A DNA stretch of 64,000 nucleotides from Patescibacteria group bacterium (lineage in GTDB: Bacteria > Patescibacteriota > Minisyncoccia > 2-02-FULL-40-12 > IGHO2-01-FULL-4-A). The position numbers and the translations under genes were made by a program. The stretch is from the NCBI GenBank assembly GCA_038064915.1, contig JBBTSB010000006.1, forward strand, positions 4,864 through 68,863, in the 5' to 3' direction. The notes beneath the pieces were generated by a model, which did no database searches, was not told the origin of the DNA, and worked only from the letters and a program-made list of their open reading frames with translations. This document shows positions 18,604 through 28,387 of this stretch, piece by piece (within the stretch, counting starts at the first letter, position 1; each line of letters opens with the position of its first letter).

Positions 18604-19949
18604 TAAAAATGCTTTGCTAGATTTTTAAACGACACATGATCCTCATCAAAATACAGATCCACTTCACCGGTGGGGCCGTTGCGGTGTTTGGCAATGAGAA
18701 TTTCGGCGATATTTTTCTTGTCAGAATCGGGCTTCACTTTATCCTCGCGATAGATAAACATGACCAAGTCTGCATCCTGCTCGATACCACCGGAGTCGCG
18801 AAGGTCAGCAAGCCGTGGTCGCTGGTCGGGCCTACTTTCCACAGCACGATTCAGCTGGGAGAGCGCGAGCACTGGAACATTGAGCTCACGGGCGAGTGCC
18901 TTGAGGTTACGGGAGATCTCACTGATTTGATGGACCATACTGTCATAGTTTTTTGTTGCATTGATGAGCTGGAGATAGTCTACGACAATCAGGCCAAGCC
19001 CATGTTCAGCCTGCAATCGCCGAGCCATCGCGCGCATTTGCATGACGGTGGGGGATGAGGAGTCGTCAATAAAAATTCTCGTTTTTGCGAGACTATCCAG
19101 TCCCATGGCGACTTTTTCAAAGTCATTGTTTTCTCCTTCCGAGGAGAGCTTGCCCGTGCGCATTTTCCATAAACTTACCCCTGATTCGGCCGCGATCAAG
19201 CGATCCGTGACTTCTTCGCGGGACATTTCTATCGTAAAAAATCCCACCGGCACCTCACGTCCCACACTACGCACAATGTCCAGCGCAAGAGAAGTTTTTC
19301 CCATAGAGGGACGTGCGGCGAGGATGATGAGGTTTGATTTTTGGAGACCGGCGGTGATATTGTCCAGATCTACAAACCCAGTCGGCACGCCGCGCAATGC
19401 ACCATCACCCTTGTGAAGCTTGTCGAGACGATCAAAAGCATCGTGGAGAGATTTGTCCAGGCCCATGAAGTTTTGCTGGATAGAGCGCTGGGAGACAGAA
19501 AAGAGACGCTGTTCTGCGCGGTCGAGCAGTTCATCCACATCTTCGTCTTCCTGATAGCCCATGCCGATGATATTGTGCGCACTGTCGATGAGATCTCGCA
19601 GAATCTTTTTGCGCTGAACGATTTTTCCATAGTTGGTGACATGCGCGGAGGTGGGGACGGAATTCATGAGCGATGTGAGATAGCCAAGTCCGCCGACGGC
19701 ATCAAGCTGATTGGTTTCGGTGAGGGCATTGGAAAGGCTCAAAAGATCGATCGGTTCACGCTTTTGATACAGCTTCAGGACATTTTCGTAAATGATTTGA
19801 TGCGCGCGGCCATAAAAATCTCCCGGTTGCAAAAAATCCGCCACACGGTTGATTGATTCCTTATCAAGCAAAAGCGAGCCTAGGAGGCTTTTTTCCGCCT
19901 CAATATTTTGCGGGGGGAGCTTATCTGCGATTGTTCCGTTGCCTGGCAT
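18603..19949 (-). CDS. dnaB: Replicative DNA helicase DnaB
   Basis: PPQNIEAE, AARPSMGKT, VDYLQL, LSQLNRAVE, DSGGIEQDAD, KHRNGPTG. Confidence 0.98.
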   Translation of the reverse strand: MPGNGTIADKLPPQNIEAEKSLLGSLLLDKESINRVADFLQPGDFYGRAHQIIYENVLKLYQKREPIDLLSLSNALTETNQLDAVGGLGYLTSLMNSVPTSAHVTNYGKIVQRKKILRDLIDSAHNIIGMGYQEDEDVDELLDRAEQRLFSVSQRSIQQNFMGLDKSLHDAFDRLDKLHKGDGALRGVPTGFVDLDNITAGLQKSNLIILAARPSMGKTSLALDIVRSVGREVPVGFFTIEMSREEVTDRLIAAESGVSLWKMRTGKLSSEGENNDFEKVAMGLDSLAKTRIFIDDSSSPTVMQMRAMARRLQAEHGLGLIVVDYLQLINATKNYDSMVHQISEISRNLKALARELNVPVLALSQLNRAVESRPDQRPRLADLRDSGGIEQDADLVMFIYREDKVKPDSDKKNIAEILIAKHRNGPTGEVDLYFDEDHVSFKNLAKHF

Positions 19950-19969
19950 GGTAAAGCCAGTATAGCGCG

Positions 19970-21253
19970 TTATTTTTTCTTTACCAGCGGACCATATCCC
20001 GTATCGTCCACACGATATCCACTCTCTTCTATTTGTTTGCGGACTTTGTCTGCGAGGTCATAGTTTTTGTCCTGGCGTGCCCGCTCGCGCTGGTCGAGCA
20101 TCATTTCAACGGTTTTTGGAAGGGATGGAAGATCCGTCGGTATGATGCCAAGAATTTCATTGACGGACTTGAAAAATGCCAGCAGTAGCGCTGCCGATGG
20201 CCTATCAAACTTTCGCTTGGTCATGAGTGGGTTGAGGTTTTTTATCAGATCAAAAAGTACGGCAAACGCCTGAGGGGTATTGAAGTCATTTTCCAGCGCC
20301 TCATAAAAATCCTTTTCTCCCTGATCGATCATCATGGCAATTGCAGGGTTGGGATCTTTGAGCATTTCGTCTTCAAAACGATTGATCTTGTTCACAAACT
20401 CCGCCAACCGCGATGTCGCCGCCTCGGCTTGCTTTAGATTGTCTTCAGAATAATCAAGAGGCGAGCGGTAGTGCGAACTCAACAAATAAAAGCGTAGAGT
20501 TTCTTTTGAATAAATTTGCAAGGCCTCGCGAGCAGTCATGAAGTTCGCATTTGATTTGCCCATGCGCTTGCCTTTGTTTATCAAAAAGCCCGCATGCATC
20601 CATTTCTTTACAAACGGCACGAGGCCGGAGATTGACTCCATGATCGCAATTTCTGCTTCGTGATGGGGAAATTTGAGATCAGCGCCACCGCCGTGGATAT
20701 CGTACTGCGGGCCAAAATATTTTTCGGTAATCGCAGTGTCTTCAATGTGCCAACCAGGACGATCTTTTTTCCATATGCAGAAATCCCCAGGATTTCGTTT
20801 GTTAGGGTTTTCATCTATGCGCGAAACGGCGTCATCGCCTTGTATATCGGTACGACCGGAAAGTTTGCCGTAGTCGGGGAATTTGGAAAGATCAAAATAG
20901 GTACCGTCCTCAAGTTCGTATGCGATGCCTTTATCACGAAGTCTTTGTACTTGTGACTGAATTTCTGGGACGTGATCCATGGCACGTTTATATACTGGTG
21001 CGGTGATACCGAGCGCCTTGGCGTCTTCATAAAATTTTTCCTCCCACTCTTTAGCAAATTCAGCTGGTTCGCGACCCTGTTCTTTTGCCCGGGCGATGAT
21101 CTTATCATCGATGTCCGTGATATTCATAATATACTCCAAATCGACTCCAGTAGAGCGGAGGTATTTCGCAAACGCATCAAAAACCACAAACGTCCTGGCA
21201 TTGCCGATGTGGATGTAGTCATAGACGGTAGGTCCGCAAACGAAGAGTTTCAT
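19970..21253 (-). CDS. cysS: Cysteine--tRNA ligase
   Basis: CGPTVYDYIHIGN, NITDIDDKII, DIHGGGADLKFPHHE, RMGKS. Confidence 0.96.
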   Translation of the reverse strand: MKLFVCGPTVYDYIHIGNARTFVVFDAFAKYLRSTGVDLEYIMNITDIDDKIIARAKEQGREPAEFAKEWEEKFYEDAKALGITAPVYKRAMDHVPEIQSQVQRLRDKGIAYELEDGTYFDLSKFPDYGKLSGRTDIQGDDAVSRIDENPNKRNPGDFCIWKKDRPGWHIEDTAITEKYFGPQYDIHGGGADLKFPHHEAEIAIMESISGLVPFVKKWMHAGFLINKGKRMGKSNANFMTAREALQIYSKETLRFYLLSSHYRSPLDYSEDNLKQAEAATSRLAEFVNKINRFEDEMLKDPNPAIAMMIDQGEKDFYEALENDFNTPQAFAVLFDLIKNLNPLMTKRKFDRPSAALLLAFFKSVNEILGIIPTDLPSLPKTVEMMLDQRERARQDKNYDLADKVRKQIEESGYRVDDTGYGPLVKKK

Positions 21254-21405
21254 AATGATATCTTAGCATCGTTTTGAGTAAAAAAAAACCTTCGGACAGG
21301 ATCGAGCTTGGGGGCCGTCTCCTTTCGCTACGCGAAAAGTCCGAAGGTTGAACTAATCTTACCTCTACGCCCAGTGCAGTGTATTGTCAAGTTGAATACA
21401 CCCGG

Positions 21406-21432
21406 TTGGCACTCTTGACATGAGAGTGCTAA
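21406..21432. promoter_or_regulatory. CIRCE operator (HrcA site)
   Basis: TTGGCACTC-N9-GAGTGCTAA immediately upstream of hrcA. Confidence 0.92.
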
Positions 21433-21449
21433 TTTAATAAACTGGATCT

Positions 21450-22148
21450 ATGATAAGTGAGAGACAGCAAAAACTACTCGAAAAGATCATCAAAGAATTT
21501 GTAGCCACGGCACAACCCGTGAGCTCAAAAGCCCTCGAAGAATCGGGGTTTTTGGATGTAAGCTCGGCTACGATCAGAAGTGAGATGAATGAGTTAGAGA
21601 AACTCGGTTTTTTGGAACAGCCACATACTTCAGCGGGCCGGATTCCTAGCGACAAGGCTTATAGGTTCTTTGTGGATAACATGGTCAAGCAGGATGATGT
21701 GACGCCGAAAGAAAAAAAGCGTCTTGATCAGGCCATCGAGCAAAGTCCGCGCGACCCGCATTTTCTCAATCGAGCCATCGCCCAAGCTCTGTGTGAGTTG
21801 TCTGATAACCTGGTCATCGTCAATATTCGCGATCAGCAAGACTTCTTTAAGATTGGTTTGAAAAGTTTGTTTGAAATGCCGGAGTTTCAAGAAATTGAAC
21901 GAGTGTTCCGGATGACGAGTTTGTTTGAGGAGTTTGAGCAGGTTTTTGATCAAATGATGGTCGATGCGCACGATCAAGTCGGGCATGTCAAAATTTTGAT
22001 TGGTCCGGAGACGATGCTGTTTGCGGAATACCGGTTACCCCAGCATCATACCGGTTCCGTCACATTAATCGGCCCGACGAGGATGGATTATGAAAGGAAT
22101 ATAGCTTTGTTAAATTATTTAACTAACAAAATGAACCATGAGCGATGA
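21450..22148 (+). CDS. hrcA: Heat-inducible transcription repressor HrcA (short form)
   Basis: SSATIRSEMNELEKLGFLEQPHTSAGRIPSDKAYRFFVD; IGPTRMDY. Confidence 0.95.
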   Translation: MISERQQKLLEKIIKEFVATAQPVSSKALEESGFLDVSSATIRSEMNELEKLGFLEQPHTSAGRIPSDKAYRFFVDNMVKQDDVTPKEKKRLDQAIEQSPRDPHFLNRAIAQALCELSDNLVIVNIRDQQDFFKIGLKSLFEMPEFQEIERVFRMTSLFEEFEQVFDQMMVDAHDQVGHVKILIGPETMLFAEYRLPQHHTGSVTLIGPTRMDYERNIALLNYLTNKMNHER

Positions 22149-22545
22149 TATTGTCGAAGAGAAGAGTATGGAAGAAGAGTATCTGAATAATTGGAAGCGG
22201 GCGCAGGCGGATCTGGCTAATTATAAAAAAGAGGAAATGCGGAGAATGGAGGAATTGGTGAAGTATGGAAACGAAGCAATTATTTTGGAGGTACTTGATG
22301 TAGTTGGAAATCTGGAGTTGGCCGCCGAGCATTTGAAAGATGAAGGATTAAAGCAGGTAATAAAGCAGTTTGAACGTTTACTAAAAAAATATGGTGTCGA
22401 GCGGATTGTGGTAGGCGATCACTTTGATCCCAATGTACATGAAGCAGTCGACGCTATAAATGAATCTAAACCGCTGGAAGAAGTCCGGCCGGGCTATACA
22501 TTGCACGGTAGGGTTATCCGCCCAGCGCGAATTAAAAACAAATAA
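22138..22545 (+). CDS. grpE: Nucleotide exchange factor GrpE
   Basis: [33 protein letters not shown]. Confidence 0.95.
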   Translation: MSDDIVEEKSMEEEYLNNWKRAQADLANYKKEEMRRMEELVKYGNEAIILEVLDVVGNLELAAEHLKDEGLKQVIKQFERLLKKYGVERIVVGDHFDPNVHEAVDAINESKPLEEVRPGYTLHGRVIRPARIKNK

Positions 22546-22546
22546 C

Positions 22547-24400
22547 ATGGCAAAAATACTAGGAATCGATTTGGGAACGACAAACTCTGCGATGGCCATC
22601 GTCGAAGCCGGCCAGCCGAGGGTTCTGGAAAATAAAGAGGGTATGCGCACTACGCCGTCTATGGTGGCGGTAAAGGGCGCGGAACGGTACGTGGGAGTTA
22701 CGGCAAAGCGACAAGCGGTAACAAACCCAACGAATACCATCTTTTCAGTCAAGCGTCTCATTGGACGGCGCTTTAGTGATCCGGAAGTACAGCGCGATCA
22801 AAAACTCTTACCCTATGAGATTCGCAAAGGCCAGCACGACGATGTCGAGGTAAAACTTGGAGAAAAATGGATGAAGCCGGCAGAAATTTCGGCTATGGTT
22901 TTGCAAAAAATGAAGGCCGATGCGGAAGATAAACTTGGCGAAAAAATCACGGAAGCGATCATCACCGTACCTGCATACTTTGATGACTCACAACGCAAAG
23001 CTACAAAAGACGCAGGTGAAATTGCAGGACTTACCGTAAAGCGCGTGATCAATGAACCAACCGCGGCCGCGCTTGCGTACGGCTTTAACAAAAAAAAAGA
23101 CGAAAAAATCGTCGTCTATGATTTTGGTGGAGGTACGTTTGATATTTCGGTACTTGAGGTTTCAAGTGACACTATTGAAGTAAAAGCCACTGGCGGTGAT
23201 ACGCACCTGGGCGGCGATGATATTGATCAGCTGATCATCAATCACTTCATCGATGAGTTCAAAAAAGATCAGGGAATTGATGTCTCCAAAGATCGTCTTG
23301 TGGTCCAGCGCCTTAAAGACGCAGCTGAAAAGGCCAAGCATGAATTATCGAGCACGACTCAGACCGAAATCAATATCCCATTCCTTACGGCTGATGCCTC
23401 TGGCCCGAAGCACTTCAATCTGAACTTTACCCGTGCCAAGCTCGAATCCCTTACCCAGCCTCTCATCGACAAGTCCATTGAACTTACGAAAAAAGCGCTT
23501 GCTGATGCCAAGCTATCAACAAATCAGATTAATGAGGTTGTATTAGTAGGCGGCCAGACTCGCATGCCGGCAATTATTGAGGCAGTGAAGAAGCTTTTTG
23601 GCAAAGAGCCTCACAAAGATATCAATCCTGATGAAGTTGTTGCCGTTGGTGCGGCAATCCAGGGCGGTATCATGCAAGGCGACGTCAAAGACGTACTTTT
23701 GCTTGATGTCACGCCACTGTCACTCGGAATAGAGACTGCCGGCAACGTGATGACCAAGATGATAGAAAAAAATACTACGGTGCCGACAGCAAAGTCGCAG
23801 GTCTTTTCGACCTACTCCGACAATCAGCCGCATGTAGAAATACATGTATTACAGGGTGAGCGTGCTATGTCGGCGGACAACAAGACACTAGGCAAATTTA
23901 TCCTCGATGGCATTCCTCCTGCCCCCCGCGGCGTCCCACAGATCGAAGTCACCTTTGACATCGATGCAAATGGAATCTTGCACGTAAAGGCAAAAGATAA
24001 GGCGACGGGCAAGGAGCAAAGTATCCGTATTGAAGGCTCATCTGGAATCACTGACGAAGAGAAAAAGCGCATGATGGCTGATGCTGAAGCGCATGCGGCC
24101 GAAGACGCAAAGAAAAAAGAGCTCGTGGAAGCTCGCAATATGGCGGAGGCATTGGTATACTCGACGGAAAAGGCACTCAAGGATGCAGGTGATAAAGTCA
24201 GCGCCGATGATAAGAAGAATATCGAGGAAAAACTTGAGGCACTCAAGAAATTAAAGGACAGCGAGAACGTAGAAGAAATCAAAAAAGCCTCTGAAGAACT
24301 CTCGACTGCGGCGCAGAAAATAGGGGAGGCTATGTATAAGGCCCAACAGGCGCAAAAGCCAGAGGAGCCTAAAGTTGAAGAGAATCCACACCAAGAGTAA
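22547..24400 (+). CDS. dnaK: Chaperone DnaK
   Basis: [23 protein letters not shown]; start set at MAKILG. Confidence 0.99.
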   Translation: MAKILGIDLGTTNSAMAIVEAGQPRVLENKEGMRTTPSMVAVKGAERYVGVTAKRQAVTNPTNTIFSVKRLIGRRFSDPEVQRDQKLLPYEIRKGQHDDVEVKLGEKWMKPAEISAMVLQKMKADAEDKLGEKITEAIITVPAYFDDSQRKATKDAGEIAGLTVKRVINEPTAAALAYGFNKKKDEKIVVYDFGGGTFDISVLEVSSDTIEVKATGGDTHLGGDDIDQLIINHFIDEFKKDQGIDVSKDRLVVQRLKDAAEKAKHELSSTTQTEINIPFLTADASGPKHFNLNFTRAKLESLTQPLIDKSIELTKKALADAKLSTNQINEVVLVGGQTRMPAIIEAVKKLFGKEPHKDINPDEVVAVGAAIQGGIMQGDVKDVLLLDVTPLSLGIETAGNVMTKMIEKNTTVPTAKSQVFSTYSDNQPHVEIHVLQGERAMSADNKTLGKFILDGIPPAPRGVPQIEVTFDIDANGILHVKAKDKATGKEQSIRIEGSSGITDEEKKRMMADAEAHAAEDAKKKELVEARNMAEALVYSTEKALKDAGDKVSADDKKNIEEKLEALKKLKDSENVEEIKKASEELSTAAQKIGEAMYKAQQAQKPEEPKVEENPHQE

Positions 24401-24443
24401 CCCCCTCGAAGTCCCCCTTATAGATAAGGGGGAAGGGGGTTAT
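24398..24443. repeat. REP-like palindrome after dnaK (may act as terminator)
   Basis: TAACCCCCTCGAAGTCCCCCTTATAGATAAGGGGGAAGGGGGTTAT; near-identical to the reverse complement of 41992..42036. Confidence 0.8.
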
Positions 24444-24456
24444 GATATAATGAGTC

Positions 24457-25266
24457 GTGTCTAAAATTATCTCTATCATCACGACAGTCACGCTTATATC
24501 CCTTGGGTTTTGGATTACCGCAGAGCCGTGGGTGAATAGCGAGACAAAGTTCAGTGATCCGAGTCTGTGGATCGCTCCTGCGGCGGTGCTGATCGTGTTT
24601 GCGGCGGTAATTTCACTTGGCTACATGTTGTTGCCGCAAAAACGGCTGAAGCTATTATTGGCAGGGCTGATTGGTTCCACTTACCTCGTAATCTTCGGTG
24701 TTCACTATCTAAACATCATCGCTTTTTTTGTCATCATTCTTTTTCACGTCTTTGCCATCCGTGCCATCCACCTCGAATCCGAAGAACGTCTCAAAATCCA
24801 CCCGATTCACATCATCCGTCGGGGAATCACTGAGGTCATGCTTCCGCTGTACTTTGCCCTCTCGTTTGCGTATTTTTTGAGCCCCTCAATCCAGGAGCGT
24901 GTAAAAGATCCCGTTCTTTCGCCTAGTCTCAAACAAGCCGTGAGTCGTGTGATGGATGAGTTTTTGGAGGCGGAAAAGAACATTCCCCAGGCGCAAAAGC
25001 AAATTGCAAAAAACTATGCATTGGAACAAACCTATGATACTATTACCCGCTGGAGCGATCCCTATCGTGTCTACTTTCCACCGGTGCTGGCGTTTGGATT
25101 ATTCCTAATGTTGTGGGGTCTGGGGTTTGCCTTGCACTGGTTGAGTACATGGATTGGAGCGCTTTTATTTGTCCTTTTGCGCAAAACCAAATTTGTTGTT
25201 ATTGAAAAAAGAAACATAGAAGCCGAGCACATTGCACTATGGCAGCAGACTACTACCAAACTTTAG
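24457..25266 (+). CDS. Hypothetical polytopic membrane protein between dnaK and dnaJ
   Basis: 269 aa, several TM helices; TATAAT 5 nt before GTG. Confidence 0.75.
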   Translation: MSKIISIITTVTLISLGFWITAEPWVNSETKFSDPSLWIAPAAVLIVFAAVISLGYMLLPQKRLKLLLAGLIGSTYLVIFGVHYLNIIAFFVIILFHVFAIRAIHLESEERLKIHPIHIIRRGITEVMLPLYFALSFAYFLSPSIQERVKDPVLSPSLKQAVSRVMDEFLEAEKNIPQAQKQIAKNYALEQTYDTITRWSDPYRVYFPPVLAFGLFLMLWGLGFALHWLSTWIGALLFVLLRKTKFVVIEKRNIEAEHIALWQQTTTKL

Positions 25267-26066
25267 GAATTTCTAAAACTGCTTCTGCAGATGAGATTAA
25301 GCGTGCGTACCGCAAACTTGCTCACCAGCATCATCCAGACAAAACTGGCGGTAATGAGGCGAAGTTTAAGGAAATTAACGAAGCCTACCAGGTGCTTTCG
25401 GATGACAAAAAGCGACAGCAGTATGATGCGTATGGATCAGCTGGTCCGCAGGGATTTTCCGGTGGTGGCTTCCAAGATTTCGGGGGCTTTTCGCAGGGGT
25501 TTGGTGGGATCAATGTAGAAGATATTTTTGATATGTTCGGATCCTCCTTCGCGCAAGGCTTCGGAGGACAAGGGGTGGATTCGCGGGGCCAGGATATTGA
25601 AGTAGCTCTTACGATAACCCTTCCGGAAGCGTTGCTTGGAGGTCAGAAAATTTTTGAAATAGAAAAACAAAATATATGCGAAGTCTGCAAAGGCGCAGGA
25701 GGAAGTGATATTTCCACTTGCAAGGTTTGCGAGGGGAAAGGACAAGTGAATCAGCAAATGTCGTCGCTTTTCGGCAGTTTTACGCGGAGGACGGTGTGTG
25801 CAAATTGTCACGGCTCCGGCAAAGCTCCAAAAGAACTGTGCAAAGAATGTAAAGGTGATGGACGGAAGCGTGGGCGTGAGCGAATTGAGTTTGAACTGCC
25901 CAGCGGCATTGAAGAAGGCGCTACGTTTAGTATAAAAAACAAAGGTCAGGCAGGCTATCGCGGTGCATCGGCGGGAAATCTCCATCTCCGCATCCATATC
26001 AACATGCCCCGCAAACTCTCGCGCCGCGCCCGCGAGCTTGTGGAAGAATTGTCACTTGAGCTATGA
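25239..26066 (+). CDS. dnaJ: Chaperone DnaJ (shortened C-terminal region)
   Basis: J domain with HPD, G/F region, four CxxCxGxG repeats. Confidence 0.95.
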   Translation: MAADYYQTLGISKTASADEIKRAYRKLAHQHHPDKTGGNEAKFKEINEAYQVLSDDKKRQQYDAYGSAGPQGFSGGGFQDFGGFSQGFGGINVEDIFDMFGSSFAQGFGGQGVDSRGQDIEVALTITLPEALLGGQKIFEIEKQNICEVCKGAGGSDISTCKVCEGKGQVNQQMSSLFGSFTRRTVCANCHGSGKAPKELCKECKGDGRKRGRERIEFELPSGIEEGATFSIKNKGQAGYRGASAGNLHLRIHINMPRKLSRRARELVEELSLEL

Positions 26067-26078
26067 TATACTTTTCGT

Positions 26079-26429
26079 ATGGCTGTACTTGATTCAGTTG
26101 CAAAATTTTTTCAGAGCACCTTAGGGTCTATTTCATTGTCCACCGTTGATCACCGCTGGCTCATTGTTGCCGGTGCCGTTTTTGTGATTGCGTTGATCGT
26201 TTTCACGCAAGACAAAGCAAGGGCGATCAAGTACTTGATTTTACTCTACGCGCTTTGGTTCGTGGCTTCGCTGGTGCCCGGCGTGATGGATAAAATCGAA
26301 AAAGCCGTCCCTGCGGACCAACTATTTGTTATTCAAATTATCTTCGGCGCTTTGCCGCTCGTGGCCGTTATTGTCCTTAAGAAGAAGCACGCTCAACGTA
26401 CTCGCCAGTCTCGGTATTCACGCGAATAA
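26079..26429 (+). CDS. Small hypothetical membrane protein
   Basis: About three TM helices; TATACT 6 nt before ATG. Confidence 0.65.
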   Translation: MAVLDSVAKFFQSTLGSISLSTVDHRWLIVAGAVFVIALIVFTQDKARAIKYLILLYALWFVASLVPGVMDKIEKAVPADQLFVIQIIFGALPLVAVIVLKKKHAQRTRQSRYSRE

Positions 26430-26946
26430 CTTCGCCTTCGTTGATAAAGAGCGGAACGTTGATCATGGCGCCCGTTTCGATTTTGACTTGCTTGGTACCG
26501 CCCTGTGCGGTGTTACCGCGTGTTGACGGGGGAGCTTCGATGACTTTGAAATCCATCTTTACCGGCAATTCCACCGTGATAGCCTTGCCGTTGTATTCGA
26601 TAGCGGTCACCACCGTGTTGGGCTTGAGAAACTTCGCACCATCTCCAAGAATGCTTTCTTCAATTTTGAATCGATTTTTGGGGTTGTCCTTATCGGTGAA
26701 CCAAAATTCCCCACGATGCGCATAGAGAAAATTTGCTTCTCGCTTCTGGATATCGGCTTCTTCGAGAACGTCGGACACCATAAAATTGTGTTCAATGATT
26801 TTGCCGTTGATCAAATTGCGCATGCGGGTTTGGAATACCGGCTTCCGTTGCTGCATCCGCAAGGGTTGGGACGACAAAACTACAAAAGGTTGGCCCTCGT
26901 AAATAAAAAAGACTCCCGGACGCAATTCATTGTAGGCGTATGACAT
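26377..26946 (-). CDS. efp: Elongation factor P
   Basis: ELRPG..., RGNTAQGGTK, ETGAMINVPLFINEGEVIRVNTETGEYVER. Confidence 0.95.
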   Translation of the reverse strand: MSYAYNELRPGVFFIYEGQPFVVLSSQPLRMQQRKPVFQTRMRNLINGKIIEHNFMVSDVLEEADIQKREANFLYAHRGEFWFTDKDNPKNRFKIEESILGDGAKFLKPNTVVTAIEYNGKAITVELPVKMDFKVIEAPPSTRGNTAQGGTKQVKIETGAMINVPLFINEGEVIRVNTETGEYVERASS

Positions 26947-26973
26947 AGGAAAGGTGATAAGCTGATTAGGTTA

Positions 26974-27738
26974 TTAGGACTTTCGAAAGAGGAATGATAG
27001 GCCAAACACGGCACTGGACGCAAGAACTACTATCGGTCCCGCAGGAAGTGCAAACCATTCTGCAATAAGTATTCCAGCCAACATACTAGCAAATCCAATC
27101 AAACTACTCAAGCGCGCGTAGCCTGACAGGCTTGTCGTCATATTCCGCGCGGCAATCGCTGGGATGATGACCAAGGCTCCCATGAGGAGCGTGCCAACGA
27201 CTTTGATACCGAGCGCGACGATGATGGCAACCAGGAGGAGAAAAACAAAATTGACTCCCGATACGCTCATTCCCGATGAACGGGCAAGATCACTGGAAAC
27301 GGTGCTCAAAACAAACTTTCGGTAGATCATCTGCATGACGACGACAACGAGTATGGAGAGCACAACAGTAATCGCGGTATCGACAAGAGTCACATTTGCT
27401 ATATCGCCAATCAGTGCATGGAAGATTTCTTCTTCCGGGGTAATCAGTAAACCGACGGCTAGAGCAAACGTAAACATCAGACCGACCAAGGACTCGGTGG
27501 GAAGAGTGGTTTTCGATTCGATGAGCCAAATGATGAGAATTCCGATAAACAGTGCAACAAATGCGCCTATAAAAGGATTAAAGCTATATACAAAAGCCAA
27601 TGCCACTCCGGGAAGTGCCACATGCGATAGCGCGTCTCCCACGAGTGCCATACGGCGCAATACCATAAAGGAGCCGATGTATCCCGCCGCGGCGCCTACA
27701 AAAATTCCTGTAATGATTGGTAGAAGATCAATGTTCAT
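26974..27738 (-). CDS. znuB: Zn/Mn ABC transporter permease (ZnuB-like)
   Basis: VLRRMALVGDALSHVALPG, IKVVGTLLMGALVIIPA. Confidence 0.88.
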   Translation of the reverse strand: MNIDLLPIITGIFVGAAAGYIGSFMVLRRMALVGDALSHVALPGVALAFVYSFNPFIGAFVALFIGILIIWLIESKTTLPTESLVGLMFTFALAVGLLITPEEEIFHALIGDIANVTLVDTAITVVLSILVVVVMQMIYRKFVLSTVSSDLARSSGMSVSGVNFVFLLLVAIIVALGIKVVGTLLMGALVIIPAIAARNMTTSLSGYARLSSLIGFASMLAGILIAEWFALPAGPIVVLASSAVFGLSFLFRKS

Positions 27739-28387
27739 GAAGGTGCTGAAAATATTTTTGAGTATGAAGCATTTCGCTAGTTTCGCCGAAGCAAATCATT
27801 TGCTTGTCGAGGCACAAGATGTTGTTGGTGTATTGTGTTACCACATTCATATCATGAGAAATAATCAAAACAGTAAGCTCGTGAGAGTCGTGGAGTTTTT
27901 GTAGTAAGTGGTAAATTGTTTCTTCGCCACTTACATCAATGCCTGCAGTTGGCTCATCGAAGAGAAGTACATTTGGGTTTCCCAACAGCGCCCATGCAAT
28001 AAGAACACGCTGGAGTTCACCACCAGAAATCACTCCCAGAGAGTGATCGAGGATATGCTCATGAATGCCTACTTCTTTCAGGACAGATTTATAATTTTCA
28101 CTTTTTAATTTTAGAAATTCCCGAACTGTCAAAGGTAGATCTCTCTCGAGAGCCATTTTTTGGGGAACATAACCAATGCGCATTTCATTTGACCATTTGA
28201 TAGTACCAGAGTAGGGGATGAGCCCCAAAAGCGCACGAAAGAGCGTGCTTTTGCCAGCGCCATTTGGACCCACAATTGCCATGACTTCGCCTTTATTCAA
28301 ACTAAAATTGACGTTTTCGAGAATAACACGATTTTCAAGTTCAACTTTTAGGTCACTGACTTCAAGTATTGATTTTTCCGTATCCAT
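27728..28387 (-). CDS. znuC: Zn/Mn ABC transporter ATPase (ZnuC-like)
   Basis: GPNGAGKST, IGYVPQK, SGGELQR, LFDEP, His-rich C-terminus. Confidence 0.88.
   Translation of the reverse strand: MDTEKSILEVSDLKVELENRVILENVNFSLNKGEVMAIVGPNGAGKSTLFRALLGLIPYSGTIKWSNEMRIGYVPQKMALERDLPLTVREFLKLKSENYKSVLKEVGIHEHILDHSLGVISGGELQRVLIAWALLGNPNVLLFDEPTAGIDVSGEETIYHLLQKLHDSHELTVLIISHDMNVVTQYTNNILCLDKQMICFGETSEMLHTQKYFQHLHEH

Noticed and set aside
13064-22148. Alternative genetic code (TGA as Gly, code 25)
   Set aside because: mraZ and hrcA end at TGA at expected lengths, and core genes are uninterrupted under code 11.
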